From a virus, in the IMG/VR virus record IMGVR_UViG_3300029959_000004, positions 45,386 to 109,385 of that record: a stretch of DNA of 64,000 nt, one strand, 5' to 3'. A program made the position numbers and the translations under genes. How positions within the stretch are numbered: position 1 is the stretch's first letter; every line of letters starts with the position of its first letter. The notes beneath the pieces were generated by a model. It was not told the origin of the DNA. It was given only the letters and a program-made list of their open reading frames with translations, and searched no databases. Below, in pieces: positions 17,707 through 28,009 of the stretch.

Positions 17707-18147
17707 TTGGTAGAAGAATATAGATCAAAGTATTTATTTAATATTTTACAATTTTTAAAGAATTTTAAAAACGAAGATTTTTACATTACTGATAATAACG
17801 AAAGAAAAACAATTTATGATGAGAAAACATTTAAAAAATTTTTAAAAGAAACGCGTTCTGTTCTAATAATAGAAGAAAAAGGTGATATACAAGGAATTAT
17901 TGGTATTTGGAAATCTTTCGGTAATGTAGAGAGATTTTATATAAAGTTAAATGCGTCAAATGAGTTAGTAGCTAATAATCTTTTAACAGTACTTTTGTGG
18001 AATAATAGAAAATATCTTCATATAAAAATTAAAAAAGATTCTTTATTTCTTAAGACTTTTAAGAATAAAGGATTTGAGTTTAGAGGTGATAGAGGTAAAG
18101 AGGTTTTACTAATTCTTAATAATCAGTATAGGAAATCTAATGGATAG
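17707..18147 (+). CDS. Hypothetical protein, possible GNAT-like fold
   Basis: LIIEEKGDIQGIIGI...FKNKGF pattern; TTG start with SD. Confidence 0.45.
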   Translation: MVEEYRSKYLFNILQFLKNFKNEDFYITDNNERKTIYDEKTFKKFLKETRSVLIIEEKGDIQGIIGIWKSFGNVERFYIKLNASNELVANNLLTVLLWNNRKYLHIKIKKDSLFLKTFKNKGFEFRGDRGKEVLLILNNQYRKSNG

Positions 18148-18706
18148 TATAATATCTAAAGTCAGAGTTTTAATTGATGATAACTTAACAACTGTTTCAG
18201 ATTTATTTACTTATGATAACAGTGCTATCTTTACCTTAACAGAGAATAATGTTGTAACTATTACTGATGTTTACAAAAACGATATTTCAAGTGCGGTAAT
18301 TCATACGTATAGTTCTACTACTGGGAAAGTAACAATATCTTCTTCTCTTACAAGTGGAGATAGTATAAAAGTAGAATATACTTGCTATCAAAATTATTCA
18401 GACACGGAAATAACAGCTTATATACAAGCTGCATTAATACATCTTTCAATAAATAATTATTATAATTTTAATTACGATTCGACTACAGATTCGATATATC
18501 CAACTCCAGATGATAAAGAAGAAAATTTAATAGCTTTAGTTACTAGTATTCTGATTGATCCTGATAATAGAAGTATTAGATTAAAGGATTTAAATATTAG
18601 TAACGCAAAAGATTACCCTACCGATCAAAAAATAGCTAAAATCATAGGTCGTTTTAAAAAAGACGGTCATGGTGTTTTTGATATTTTAGGAACAGGAGAA
18701 TATTAA
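18140..18706 (+). CDS. Head-tail adaptor-like protein with inserted beta domain
   Basis: ISKVRVLIDD...YSDTEITAYI is typical of gp6/gp15-like adaptors; position after capsid. Confidence 0.6.
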   Translation: MDSIISKVRVLIDDNLTTVSDLFTYDNSAIFTLTENNVVTITDVYKNDISSAVIHTYSSTTGKVTISSSLTSGDSIKVEYTCYQNYSDTEITAYIQAALIHLSINNYYNFNYDSTTDSIYPTPDDKEENLIALVTSILIDPDNRSIRLKDLNISNAKDYPTDQKIAKIIGRFKKDGHGVFDILGTGEY

Positions 18707-18810
18707 TATGATTAAAATATTGAGTGTAACTGTAGATGAGATTATAAAAATATCCTCCATAATTGAAGAAAAAATTACAATAGTAGCTGATGTAGAGGAC
18801 TCTACTTCAA

Positions 18811-19089
18811 ATGGCTAAAAAAACATTTGTATTGGGAACCGCAGTAAAGATAACTGTGCGTTTAAACATAAATACAGCAACAACCGCAAAGATTACTATA
18901 GATGATCCCTTTGAAACTATCAAAGTGAACGCTGTTAGTATGACTAAAGATGCTGACAAAATTTACAGTTATGTATATCAAAGTGTTTCAACTGATGAAG
19001 AGGGGGACTATATAGCAACAATAGAGGTAAGTGATGGTACTAATACGGGTGTAGTTCAAAAGTATTTTGAATTAATAGAACAAGAATAA
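18811..19089 (+). CDS. Ig-like virion protein
   Basis: ITIDDP...YSYVYQ...EGDY beta-sandwich pattern. Confidence 0.55.
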   Translation: MAKKTFVLGTAVKITVRLNINTATTAKITIDDPFETIKVNAVSMTKDADKIYSYVYQSVSTDEEGDYIATIEVSDGTNTGVVQKYFELIEQE

Positions 19090-19107
19090 TTAGAAAGGTT
19101 TTTATCA

Positions 19108-19389
19108 ATGGAAGAAAGACGAAAAGATTACCCCGCTATTATGGAACGATTGGCTGTATTGGAAGTAATGCAACAGAAGGATTTAGATGTTGCGGAAGAG
19201 TGGAGAAAAAGTTTTTGTACTAAGTTAGATAAACTAACTAATATAATTATTAAACTCCCTTGTGATAGAAGAGAAGAAAGATGGTTATCTCAAGGAGTTC
19301 AAATTAAATGGATGTGGGGAGTCTTAACTTTCTTTGTAATTTTAGAAGGAGTTTTTATAACTGCTTTAATTAATCATATAGTAGGATAA
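19108..19389 (+). CDS. Holin-like protein (coiled coil plus C-terminal TM)
   Basis: ERRK...ERLAVLE N-terminus and one C-terminal TM helix. Confidence 0.5.
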   Translation: MEERRKDYPAIMERLAVLEVMQQKDLDVAEEWRKSFCTKLDKLTNIIIKLPCDRREERWLSQGVQIKWMWGVLTFFVILEGVFITALINHIVG

Positions 19390-19568
19390 GGAGAGAAGAT
19401 GTCAATAACTAAAGAATTGAGAACAATATTATATAATCATCGTAAATTAATATCTATGATAAGTGGCAAATCTCTTCCTATAAAGAGTATGCTCTTAAAG
19501 GACGTTCAGGATATGAATCAAGTAATAGAATGTGCAAATATAAAAAGAGAAATATCTAAGGAGAAAAA

Positions 19569-19724
19569 ATGAAATTAAGTGCAATTTTAAAATATTCAAG
19601 TATAACAGCGGGAGTAATAATTACTGGTTTTATACTTTATTCTCATCCAATTTTGGTCTTAATTGACGCAATAGCAGCCACTACTTATTTTGCTAGTGTT
19701 TATTTAAAGAAAAAGGGAGAATAA
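19569..19724 (+). CDS. Small two-TM membrane protein (holin candidate)
   Basis: MKLSAILKYSSITAGVIITGFILYSHPILVLIDAIAATTYFASVYLKKKGE; SD AAGGAG. Confidence 0.5.
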   Translation: MKLSAILKYSSITAGVIITGFILYSHPILVLIDAIAATTYFASVYLKKKGE

Positions 19725-20155
19725 TGGAACCTTTTCTATGGTCAAAAGTGTTTGATTTTAGTTTCCCTACAATAAAAAAAATACTGTCTCTTATTTTTAA
19801 AATAATGCTTATTGTGGGTATTCCCGCTTTAATATTATGGGGGTCATATGTTTTATTTGTAAAACCACACACTAATCCAAACCCAACAACAGAGGAAAAT
19901 GCTCAAGTAATTTATCATTTTACTATTAATGTCCCAGCTAAAAGAGTTTTTGGATTTGGAGGAACTCTATGGGGTACTGATATTGGAGTAGTTAAGTATG
20001 ATTTTACTAGTATTACAGCAACTATAATCAAAGAAGTAGTTAAAATAGATCCAACAATAAACTCTGATATTTTAGTATCAAAGATAAATGATAAAATAAC
20101 AAAGGAGATTGTTAAAACAAAACAAAAGAAGTGGTATTTTCTTTGGTTATTTTAA
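19724..20155 (+). CDS. Membrane-anchored protein (lysis accessory candidate)
   Basis: N-terminal TM; lies with the holin-like ORFs. Confidence 0.5.
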   Translation: MEPFLWSKVFDFSFPTIKKILSLIFKIMLIVGIPALILWGSYVLFVKPHTNPNPTTEENAQVIYHFTINVPAKRVFGFGGTLWGTDIGVVKYDFTSITATIIKEVVKIDPTINSDILVSKINDKITKEIVKTKQKKWYFLWLF

Positions 20156-20169
20156 TAATATCTCAAGTA

Positions 20170-20570
20170 TGATAAATATACATAAAAGAAATTTAAAAAT
20201 AAATAGACTCTTAAGAGATAAAAATCTTTGTACTAAGATTTATCTTTATATGTCTACTAAAACAGCAGGAGAAGATTTTGATAGTGAAGAAAAGAATTAC
20301 ACCTACTCTAATTTAAATCCAATAACAGTTAAAGGATACGTTACTGATATAAAACCAGAATCTTTAATATATAGACAAGTTGGTTTAGCTGAAACTGGAG
20401 CAGTTGAAGTGTTATGTGAAAACAGATTTGCTGAATATTTTAGACTTGCTAATAAGATTGAAATTAACAATGATCAATTTCAGGTTTATAAGGACAACGT
20501 TGGAAATAGATTACAAATTACTAAGATTCCTTTCGAGTTATGTAAAATAATGCTAGTGAAGGTGAAATAA
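20170..20570 (+). CDS. Head closure / stopper-like neck protein
   Basis: Position and beta-barrel pattern (KIEINNDQFQV); start uncertain. Confidence 0.5.
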
Positions 20571-21046
20571 TGGGTTATTTTCGTGAGTCTAGATGTGTGG
20601 AACTTTCTGCAATTTATTTTGTAGAAACAAGTCTTAACGCAGATTGGACTGGAGTAACAACAGTAAAATCTTTTGTTAATGCATATAAAGCAACTTTGCC
20701 AGTAGTTTCTGTAGAATTAGCTAATACTCAGAATAATTGGAAAGAAATAGGTTCTACTTCATTATATAATGATTATATTATAAATATAGATATTTTTGCT
20801 AAAAGTAATGGACAAAGAATAGATTTAGCTGATTATTTAATTGATAAATTAAAAGATGGATTTACTTATTATACTCATTCTCAAACATCGGGATCTCCAG
20901 AAACTTTAACTAGAACTGCTTCTGGAAGAATATTTATACATAGATTTTTATCTAATACAAAGTTGAATTTTGGTGAAGAAGGAGTTGACAAATACGATTT
21001 GTATCGTCATTTTCTAAGTTTGCAGGTTAAAAAGGATTCTTCTTAA
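20570..21046 (+). CDS. Tail terminator-like protein
   Basis: LPVVSVE...INIDIFAKS..QRIDLADYL. Confidence 0.6.
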   Translation: MGYFRESRCVELSAIYFVETSLNADWTGVTTVKSFVNAYKATLPVVSVELANTQNNWKEIGSTSLYNDYIINIDIFAKSNGQRIDLADYLIDKLKDGFTYYTHSQTSGSPETLTRTASGRIFIHRFLSNTKLNFGEEGVDKYDLYRHFLSLQVKKDSS

Positions 21047-21816
21047 TGGCTGAATTACAGTTGAGATTAAGGATAACAGAAACTAAAGGTGCTAATCCAA
21101 CAACTTTATTAAAAAGTTTAGAACAAAAATTTTCTAAAGAAGCTATACAAAGAGATTTAGCTGTTGTTAAAAATAAAGTTTTAGAACACGTAGCTATGTT
21201 TATAAATGCTAATAGGCAAAGAGAAGTTGAACAACATACTATGTATGGCGCTAAAGAGGGTTTTAGATTTACTTTAAAAAATAATTTAATTAATGTTTTA
21301 AGAGAAGGTAGTTCAATAGAACATACTGAAGATAATAAAATTAGATTAGGTATTGGTAGTAAAAAATATCTTAATACTTATGCTCGTTATTGGTATGTAG
21401 TTAACTACGGGAAGAAGTTTGGTGGGGGAGTTTATATACCTCCTAAGACTTATGGTTATTTTGGTACTGGAGAAAAACCTATAGCTCTTTGGGCTATGGG
21501 AGGAAAAAAACAAGCTTTTCATCATACCAATACCGGTAGAAAAAAAGGGGAAATACTTCCTTCTTTGTTACAACCAAACAAACCAATTACTCCAATGCAT
21601 TATTTGGAGGAAATGACAAAAGTATTTGAGATTGAAATTGCGCTATTAGAACAGAAATATAGAAATGAACTTAATAGATTAGCTAAATCTTCAGAGAAAG
21701 AATCTTTTTTAAAGACTATTTCTTTAGAGAAAAGAGAACAATTATTATCAAGATTTGGTATTGATGTTGAGAAATGGTCTGAAAGTATAATTAAACAATA
21801 TTTAAGTAGGTTGTAA
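21046..21816 (+). CDS. Neck / tail-completion protein (HK97 gp10-like)
   Basis: YWYVVNYG...PITPMHYLE pattern. Confidence 0.5.
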   Translation: MAELQLRLRITETKGANPTTLLKSLEQKFSKEAIQRDLAVVKNKVLEHVAMFINANRQREVEQHTMYGAKEGFRFTLKNNLINVLREGSSIEHTEDNKIRLGIGSKKYLNTYARYWYVVNYGKKFGGGVYIPPKTYGYFGTGEKPIALWAMGGKKQAFHHTNTGRKKGEILPSLLQPNKPITPMHYLEEMTKVFEIEIALLEQKYRNELNRLAKSSEKESFLKTISLEKREQLLSRFGIDVEKWSESIIKQYLSRL

Positions 21817-21926
21817 GTAAGATAGATTGTTTCAAAAAATAAAAAAACAAGATTACATTGAGTGGTTTTTGTCTATAGGAGAGATCAAAAACAACAAACA
21901 CTCACTAGTAAAGGAGACTAGCAAAA

Positions 21927-23162
21927 ATGATTCATACATCTTATTGGAGACCACGTGTTTACCCTCATAAGGGAGACATCCCTCCGGCACAAATTGATCG
22001 TTTGCAAGATTTATCCGCTTCGGTTACTTTAAATAGAGAAAAGATTAGAGAAATAGGTAGAGACGGCACTGTAGATTGGAGAAAAAAAGTTCCTTCAGTT
22101 AGAGTTACTGCAAGACAGTTAGAATATGGAGACATTGAGTTTTGGCAGAAATTAGCAAACGTAGCAGGTAATGATACTGACATTACTTTGAATGACTTTA
22201 AAACTTCAAAAGTAGATATAGTTGGTTATAAAACAGATGATAGCGGTACTTTCTTGGGAAGTGTTTGGTATCCTAAATTAAGAACTTCTGGTTTTGGTAT
22301 AAACATAGGTGATCCTCAAGCATACATTGAAAGAAACTTTGATTTTGTTGGAGAAGATGAGATTATTTTTCAGGGAGATAACAAGTATTTTAATTATCAA
22401 AGATTCCCCGCTTCCGGTGGAGCACCAGAATCTTTTACTGTTAACAGTCCTAGCCCTGTTGTCGATCCAGATAATTCTGGTCAATATCTCTTGAAAGTTC
22501 TAAGAGTTAACGTTAGTGACGGCACTACAGATGATTTAACATACACTACCGGTACAGCTTCAGGCACTAATTATGCCTTTTCGGCACCATCTACTTTAAC
22601 CGTAGCTACTAGTGCTGGAGATGTTATTAAAGTTTATTATACCGCCGCAACATTTAATACTCAAACACAATCTGCTGTGTTTACAAATAACGATACTGAC
22701 GCAGGTTCATTAATAGCTGAAGCGGCTAGTATATATCTTTATGTTTCTTCTGATAATTATGTTTATAAACTTCAAAGCGTTGGTATAGACGTGTCTTTTG
22801 ATAGAAGTGATTATTATGAAATTGGTAATAAAGAGGTAATACAAACAGGTATTCGTGAGAAAACAGTTAGAGTTACTTTAGGTCGTATTCTAGAAGCCTA
22901 TACTATTGAAGAGGTTCTTCGTGGTGCAGTTGCTAATTACGGCAAATTAGATCCTAGAGAATTTGGTGACGCTATTACTTTGAGAGTTAAATGTTATGGT
23001 AGTCATCTCAAGAATACGTTTAATATTGGTTATAAGATGACTAATTTATCTCCAACTGGATTTGATAACGGTGTACCTTTGAATGATTATGTAACTAGAG
23101 GAGCTTCGTTAGAAGGGGAAGACCTCACGATCAGTAGTTCTGAAGCAACTATAAACGCTTAA
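21927..23162 (+). CDS. Major tail tube protein
   Basis: Strong SD, followed by terminator, chaperones and tape measure; duplicated tube-like motifs (LQDLSASVTLNRE..REIG / LQSVGIDVSFDRS..YEIG). Confidence 0.7.
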   Translation: MIHTSYWRPRVYPHKGDIPPAQIDRLQDLSASVTLNREKIREIGRDGTVDWRKKVPSVRVTARQLEYGDIEFWQKLANVAGNDTDITLNDFKTSKVDIVGYKTDDSGTFLGSVWYPKLRTSGFGINIGDPQAYIERNFDFVGEDEIIFQGDNKYFNYQRFPASGGAPESFTVNSPSPVVDPDNSGQYLLKVLRVNVSDGTTDDLTYTTGTASGTNYAFSAPSTLTVATSAGDVIKVYYTAATFNTQTQSAVFTNNDTDAGSLIAEAASIYLYVSSDNYVYKLQSVGIDVSFDRSDYYEIGNKEVIQTGIREKTVRVTLGRILEAYTIEEVLRGAVANYGKLDPREFGDAITLRVKCYGSHLKNTFNIGYKMTNLSPTGFDNGVPLNDYVTRGASLEGEDLTISSSEATINA

Positions 23163-23172
23163 AAATAACACT

Positions 23173-23215
23173 GGGGGGGGGGAGTAGTCTTATGACTATT
23201 CTCTCCCTTGATTTA
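23173..23215 (+). terminator. Hairpin/terminator after the major tail gene
   Basis: G-run-AGTAGTC-TTAT-GACTATT-CTCTCCC. Confidence 0.6.
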
Positions 23216-23226
23216 ACAACGTAAGA

Positions 23227-23493
23227 ATGGAGAAAAGTATGAGTAAGGATCTCACAAAAGAAATTTTACTAGCCTACCTAGATCAAGTCTTCACTAAAGA
23301 ATTTGCAAAGCTTGTAGGAAAACTACTTAAAAGAGTAGAAATTCTTGAAGACAGAGAATACCTAAAAAAAGAGATTAAAGAACTTGTATATGAATCCTCG
23401 AGGGAAATGCGTGACATTTTCGACTCGTACTCAAAAGGGCTAGAAGTGTCGTATTTTGACTTTAAGAGTAAGAATGAAAAGGAGAACGGGTAA
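23227..23493 (+). CDS. Hypothetical protein
   Basis: ORF track. Confidence 0.6.
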   Translation: MEKSMSKDLTKEILLAYLDQVFTKEFAKLVGKLLKRVEILEDREYLKKEIKELVYESSREMRDIFDSYSKGLEVSYFDFKSKNEKENG

Positions 23494-24141
23494 ATGGACG
23501 AAATAGTAAAAGACGAATTGAAAGAAGAAAAAATAGAAGAGATTAAAAAGAAATTGACCGAAGTTTTAGATTTAACTGAGATGGAAGAGTTAGTGAAAAG
23601 TAATGAAAAGATTTTTGAAGACAATGGAATTACTTATAAAGTTAGAAAACCTACTTATAAAGAAAAACAAGAAGTTTATCAGAAAAGAGTGGAAAGATTT
23701 ACTGAGTTATTAAATAACGAAAAATATTCTTTAGAGTTAGATTTAAAGAAGATGTATTTAAAGAGAGGTATTGATATAGATGAAATGTCTTCAAAGATGT
23801 CTAAGAAAATTAAAAGGCGAGATGAATTAATGCTTCAGTTAGGAGAGTTAGTTAAAAACTCAGCTTCAGAAGACGATTTAAAGAAATTAAAAACAGAAAT
23901 ACAAGAAATACAAGAAGAGATTAAATTAATCTCTATTAATAAAACATCTTTATTAGAATTCTCAATAGAGAATCAGGTTTTAATACATACTTATTCATAT
24001 CTTACTTATTTAGTTTCTGAAAAGAAAGAAGGAGATAGTTGGGTAAAAGTATGGAAGAGTTTTGATGATTTTCAAAACGACTCTACTACTATAGGAAATA
24101 AATTAGCTTATTATGTTACACTAATTAGTTCATTGGAATAA
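23494..24141 (+). CDS. Tail assembly chaperone-like coiled-coil protein
   Basis: Between tail tube and tape measure; YKVRKPT motif. Confidence 0.55.
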   Translation: MDEIVKDELKEEKIEEIKKKLTEVLDLTEMEELVKSNEKIFEDNGITYKVRKPTYKEKQEVYQKRVERFTELLNNEKYSLELDLKKMYLKRGIDIDEMSSKMSKKIKRRDELMLQLGELVKNSASEDDLKKLKTEIQEIQEEIKLISINKTSLLEFSIENQVLIHTYSYLTYLVSEKKEGDSWVKVWKSFDDFQNDSTTIGNKLAYYVTLISSLE

Positions 24142-24145
24142 TACT

Positions 24146-24505
24146 GTGGATATAATATCTTCAGTGCGAAAACTAGCAAAGTCTGATTATTATCAGAACG
24201 TCTATACTCTTGCTAAAGAAAGAAGTTATTTTCGTATTTTTAAGAATGAAGATAACTTTACTGACTTGCAGATAACATTCTTAAAGTATCTTAATTTTTA
24301 CAACACTATATTTACTGATATAGCCTTAGGAGACGTTACTGAAATAGTTTTAAATGATTTTATGTATGAAGATGCTTATATAATGTATAAAAATAAAACA
24401 GATACTAATAAACTGAAAGAGAATAAAAATAATGATAATAAGAAAGTTCCTGTTTCTGGTTCTAGGTGGATATTTAAAAATCCTCCTAAAGCAGGGAAAA
24501 AATAA
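24146..24505 (+). CDS. Second tail chaperone-like protein
   Basis: Immediately before the tape measure. Confidence 0.5.
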   Translation: MDIISSVRKLAKSDYYQNVYTLAKERSYFRIFKNEDNFTDLQITFLKYLNFYNTIFTDIALGDVTEIVLNDFMYEDAYIMYKNKTDTNKLKENKNNDNKKVPVSGSRWIFKNPPKAGKK

Positions 24506-27500
24506 TGGGCGACGAAAAACAATATATATTTAGAATAGTATCCGAGACTCAGGGAATTCAGAAGTCTATTCAAGATATGAAACAGTTAGAAGCGCAAGCA
24601 ACCAAAACTGCTTCTAATCTTCAAAGAACAATAATCGCTCCCTCTGGAAGATCAGCCACTGAGGAGATTGCTAGAAGAACTCCGGGATTTGCTCAAACGG
24701 CAGAACAGAAAAGAATGTTGCAAGGAATTTCTTCTCCCAAGATTATTATGCCTACAGGGGTGATAGGTGGAGGAGCTAGAAAAGAAGAATTTACTGGAGT
24801 TGCTGAATCTCTAGAAAAAGTTGAAAAATCAACTTCTAAAGCGAGAACAGGATTTCAGGATCTCACTGAAGAATTTAATAGAAGTAGGAAACACACGAAA
24901 GATTTAGGTAAAGAAACTAAAGGTTTAGATATGGATTTAGGGAAACTAGCATTACGTGCAGCTGTTACTATTCCTATATGGTTAGCATTACGTTCAGCTT
25001 TTATGGGAGTATTGACTACTATTACATCTGGTGCTAAATCTATTGTAGATATGGATAGAGAATTAGCTAGAATTAGAACAGTTACAGATGATGTAACTGA
25101 TATGACTGGATTTTTAGATGAATTAGGAACTACTGCAAGAAGAATGTCCACGGAGACGGGAGCTTCTGTAGAAGATATACTTCACGCTTTCTATGGATTT
25201 AAAGATGCTGGCTTATCTACAGAAGTAGCTATGGAAGGCATGAAAGTATCTGTTAAAGGCTCAATAGCTTTATTTGGTGATTTAAAAGAAACAGCCAAAA
25301 CTCTTACAGATATTTATGTTTTGATGGGAGATAAAATAGAGGGAGCGAGAACTCCTCAAGAACGTATGGAAAGAATTATGTCTTCCATAGCTGTTCTACA
25401 GAAAACTAATAAATTTGAATTAAATGAATATATAGAAGGTTTAAAGTCATTTGCAGCTTCCGCCGCTTCTAGTAATTTAACTCTAGATCAGATGACATTT
25501 ATGCTTGCTAAAACTAGTAACTTTATGCAAAGAGGTTCTACTGGTGGTACTCAGTTAGCCAGAGCTTTTAAAGAGTTATCTATTAACGCACAAAAATCTG
25601 GCTTATTGCTAGGGAAAGCCATAAATCTTGACAATGTAGATAAGTTTGATTTAATGTTGAGTATGATGGAAGAATTAAACACTCGTTTTACTCAAGGTAA
25701 AGACATAAGTCAAGAACTCTTTGATATATTTGGTATAAGAGCGGAAAAGTCAGTTGCAGCTTTTGTAGTTAGATTTAAAGATGTAGTGAAAGAATGGAAA
25801 AACTTTGAAAATTTATCTCCAGAAAGAAGAATGGAAATTCTTAATGATCAGTTTAATACAGCTACTTTAACTATAGAACGTCAAGTACAGAGATTACAAA
25901 AGATTAGAGAACAAATGGGAGCTAATTTTCTTGCTGGAATTATAGGTATTGATTTAACAAATACTAAAGACGCTGCTGAAGGATTGAAATTAATTAATGA
26001 TAGATTAAATGATATGATACCTACTTTAAACGCCGTAGGTAGTGCAATAAGACCTCTATTACTTCTTTTATCGACTTTGGTAGCTTTAAGAGAAGCAAAA
26101 GTATTTTTAAATTTCTTAAAGAAGACTCCAGTCACAGCAGGTGTTGTTGGAGGAGCAATTTTAGGTGGTACTATACTTTCTAAATTAGAAGAAGAAAGAA
26201 AAGCTTCTAAAAAGACTTCTCAGTCTGATCAATATAAAGCTTATCTAGCTTCGGGTGGTAAAATGGGTCCTGGTTTATATAGAGAAAATCTCACTTTTGG
26301 AAACAAAAAGGATATAGCAGGTATTGAGTTAGAACCCATAAAAATAATAAAGAAAGCAACCGAAGATACTCAAAAAATTATAAAAGAAACTAGAAATACA
26401 GAAGAAGATATAACTGGTTTTTATGATTATCAATCTATGATGTTAGAAAGAGGTAAAATTCTTGGCCAAGATCAGTTAGATATAGAAAGAAGAAGATTAG
26501 ATTTAATTATACAAAGTACTGATATAACAGAAAAAGATAAAACAGTACACGAACAAAAGTTAAAAATAATTCAATTAGAAAATGAAGAAGTAATTAAATA
26601 TTCTCAAAATATACAAACTTCTCTTAGTTCTTCTTTAAAGGATATAATGAGCGGTAAGGGAGGAAATATCTTTACCGCCTTTAACACGGCTATAGTAGAT
26701 AATTATAGAAATACAATGTCTGAAGGAGTTTCTAGTATCATTATGTCTACCGGTATTGGTGAAATGTTCGGTGGAGCTATGTCTAAACTAAAGGGTCAAT
26801 TAGGTGGAGTTAGAGGTATGATAGAAGCTGCTCATGAAACTGTATATGGACAAATAGTTAGAGGGCATAGAGATGGTTTATCTGGAACAAAAGCTATTTT
26901 ACCGGGAGTATCAGGAACTGCTTCTTCAAGTACAATAGCTGGAGCTTTATCTACAACTGGAGGTTTTTGGGCTGGATATACCGGAGCAGGTTATCAACCG
27001 GTAGCTGGTAATAATAGAAATGTCTGGGTTCCTGCTAGTAATTATGGGCAAAGAGGTTATAAACAATCTAGTTTGGGTTCTTATCAAAGAGGGCAAATGG
27101 CTTTAGGAGGAGCTCAATCTGCATTGACTGGATATTCAGCTTATCAGTCAGCTTCTCAAGGTGGTCTCGGAGTGGGAGGGTCTATTGCTAGCGGATTATT
27201 AGCAGCAGGTGGGAGTTTTGCTGGAGTAATGTCTGGTATAGCGATGGCTTCAGGAACAGCAGCTACGGCAACCTCTGCCGCTACTACTGGTACCGCTAGT
27301 GTATTGGGTCTTTCTATGGGACCTGTTGGTTGGGCTATGATGGGAGTAGGGTTAATGATAGCTGCAATGATACCAAGTTTATTAGGTGGAGAAGAAAAAA
27401 CTTCTACAGAAACTAAAACAACTGAAAATAAAATATCTTCTAGAATAGATGTAACAAATAAGAATTTAGAGATAATTAATAGAAATTTAATAGGATTAAG

Positions 27501-27606
27501 AACGGATATACGTACATATATATTGCCAAGTTCTGCTTATTTTAGTTCTAAGACTAGTCTTGATGAAGAATTCTCTATAGCTTCTAGAATGGCTTCAATA
27601 GAATAA
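24505..27606 (+). CDS. Tape measure protein
   Basis: TP901-type core (DMDRELARI...GSTGGTQLARAF), helical, Gly/Ala-rich hydrophobic C-terminus. Confidence 0.9.
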   Translation: MGDEKQYIFRIVSETQGIQKSIQDMKQLEAQATKTASNLQRTIIAPSGRSATEEIARRTPGFAQTAEQKRMLQGISSPKIIMPTGVIGGGARKEEFTGVAESLEKVEKSTSKARTGFQDLTEEFNRSRKHTKDLGKETKGLDMDLGKLALRAAVTIPIWLALRSAFMGVLTTITSGAKSIVDMDRELARIRTVTDDVTDMTGFLDELGTTARRMSTETGASVEDILHAFYGFKDAGLSTEVAMEGMKVSVKGSIALFGDLKETAKTLTDIYVLMGDKIEGARTPQERMERIMSSIAVLQKTNKFELNEYIEGLKSFAASAASSNLTLDQMTFMLAKTSNFMQRGSTGGTQLARAFKELSINAQKSGLLLGKAINLDNVDKFDLMLSMMEELNTRFTQGKDISQELFDIFGIRAEKSVAAFVVRFKDVVKEWKNFENLSPERRMEILNDQFNTATLTIERQVQRLQKIREQMGANFLAGIIGIDLTNTKDAAEGLKLINDRLNDMIPTLNAVGSAIRPLLLLLSTLVALREAKVFLNFLKKTPVTAGVVGGAILGGTILSKLEEERKASKKTSQSDQYKAYLASGGKMGPGLYRENLTFGNKKDIAGIELEPIKIIKKATEDTQKIIKETRNTEEDITGFYDYQSMMLERGKILGQDQLDIERRRLDLIIQSTDITEKDKTVHEQKLKIIQLENEEVIKYSQNIQTSLSSSLKDIMSGKGGNIFTAFNTAIVDNYRNTMSEGVSSIIMSTGIGEMFGGAMSKLKGQLGGVRGMIEAAHETVYGQIVRGHRDGLSGTKAILPGVSGTASSSTIAGALSTTGGFWAGYTGAGYQPVAGNNRNVWVPASNYGQRGYKQSSLGSYQRGQMALGGAQSALTGYSAYQSASQGGLGVGGSIASGLLAAGGSFAGVMSGIAMASGTAATATSAATTGTASVLGLSMGPVGWAMMGVGLMIAAMIPSLLGGEEKTSTETKTTENKISSRIDVTNKNLEIINRNLIGLRTDIRTYILPSSAYFSSKTSLDEEFSIASRMASIE

Positions 27607-27618
27607 AGGAAAAATAAA

Positions 27619-28008
27619 ATGAGCAAAACCTACGATTGGACTGTATATACAATCAACTCAGATGGTTCTACTTGGGATGCAGATACTTCTCTTCCTAGAC
27701 CAAATCAGGATTTAGAGAAGAACATAATTTCTACTGTTCAAACTATTAAATTAGCTGACGGAAGTGAAGCTTTTGTAACTCCAGAGGTTAGACGTAACAA
27801 AGGTACTATAACTTTCTTTTGGGCAGACACAACTTCAACTTTAAGAAATCAAATAGAAGGTTATATTAACTTCGGAGAAAAAATAAAAATAGTTACTCAT
27901 GATAATCAAACTATATATGGTAGATTTATGGATTATAAAAGAGTTTGGTTTACTGGAGATACTTCTCAATTTGACATAACTGCAACTTTCAAGGAGTCTG
28001 ATTCTTAA
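27619..28008 (+). CDS. Distal tail protein-like
   Basis: Directly after the tape measure; ends ITATFKE. Confidence 0.6.
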   Translation: MSKTYDWTVYTINSDGSTWDADTSLPRPNQDLEKNIISTVQTIKLADGSEAFVTPEVRRNKGTITFFWADTTSTLRNQIEGYINFGEKIKIVTHDNQTIYGRFMDYKRVWFTGDTSQFDITATFKESDS

Positions 28009-28009
28009 T

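Noticed and set aside
24120-24150. Programmed frameshift between the tail chaperone ORFs
   Set aside because: The second ORF is in the +1 frame, open only about 20 nt upstream, and no XXXYYYZ slippery heptamer is present.
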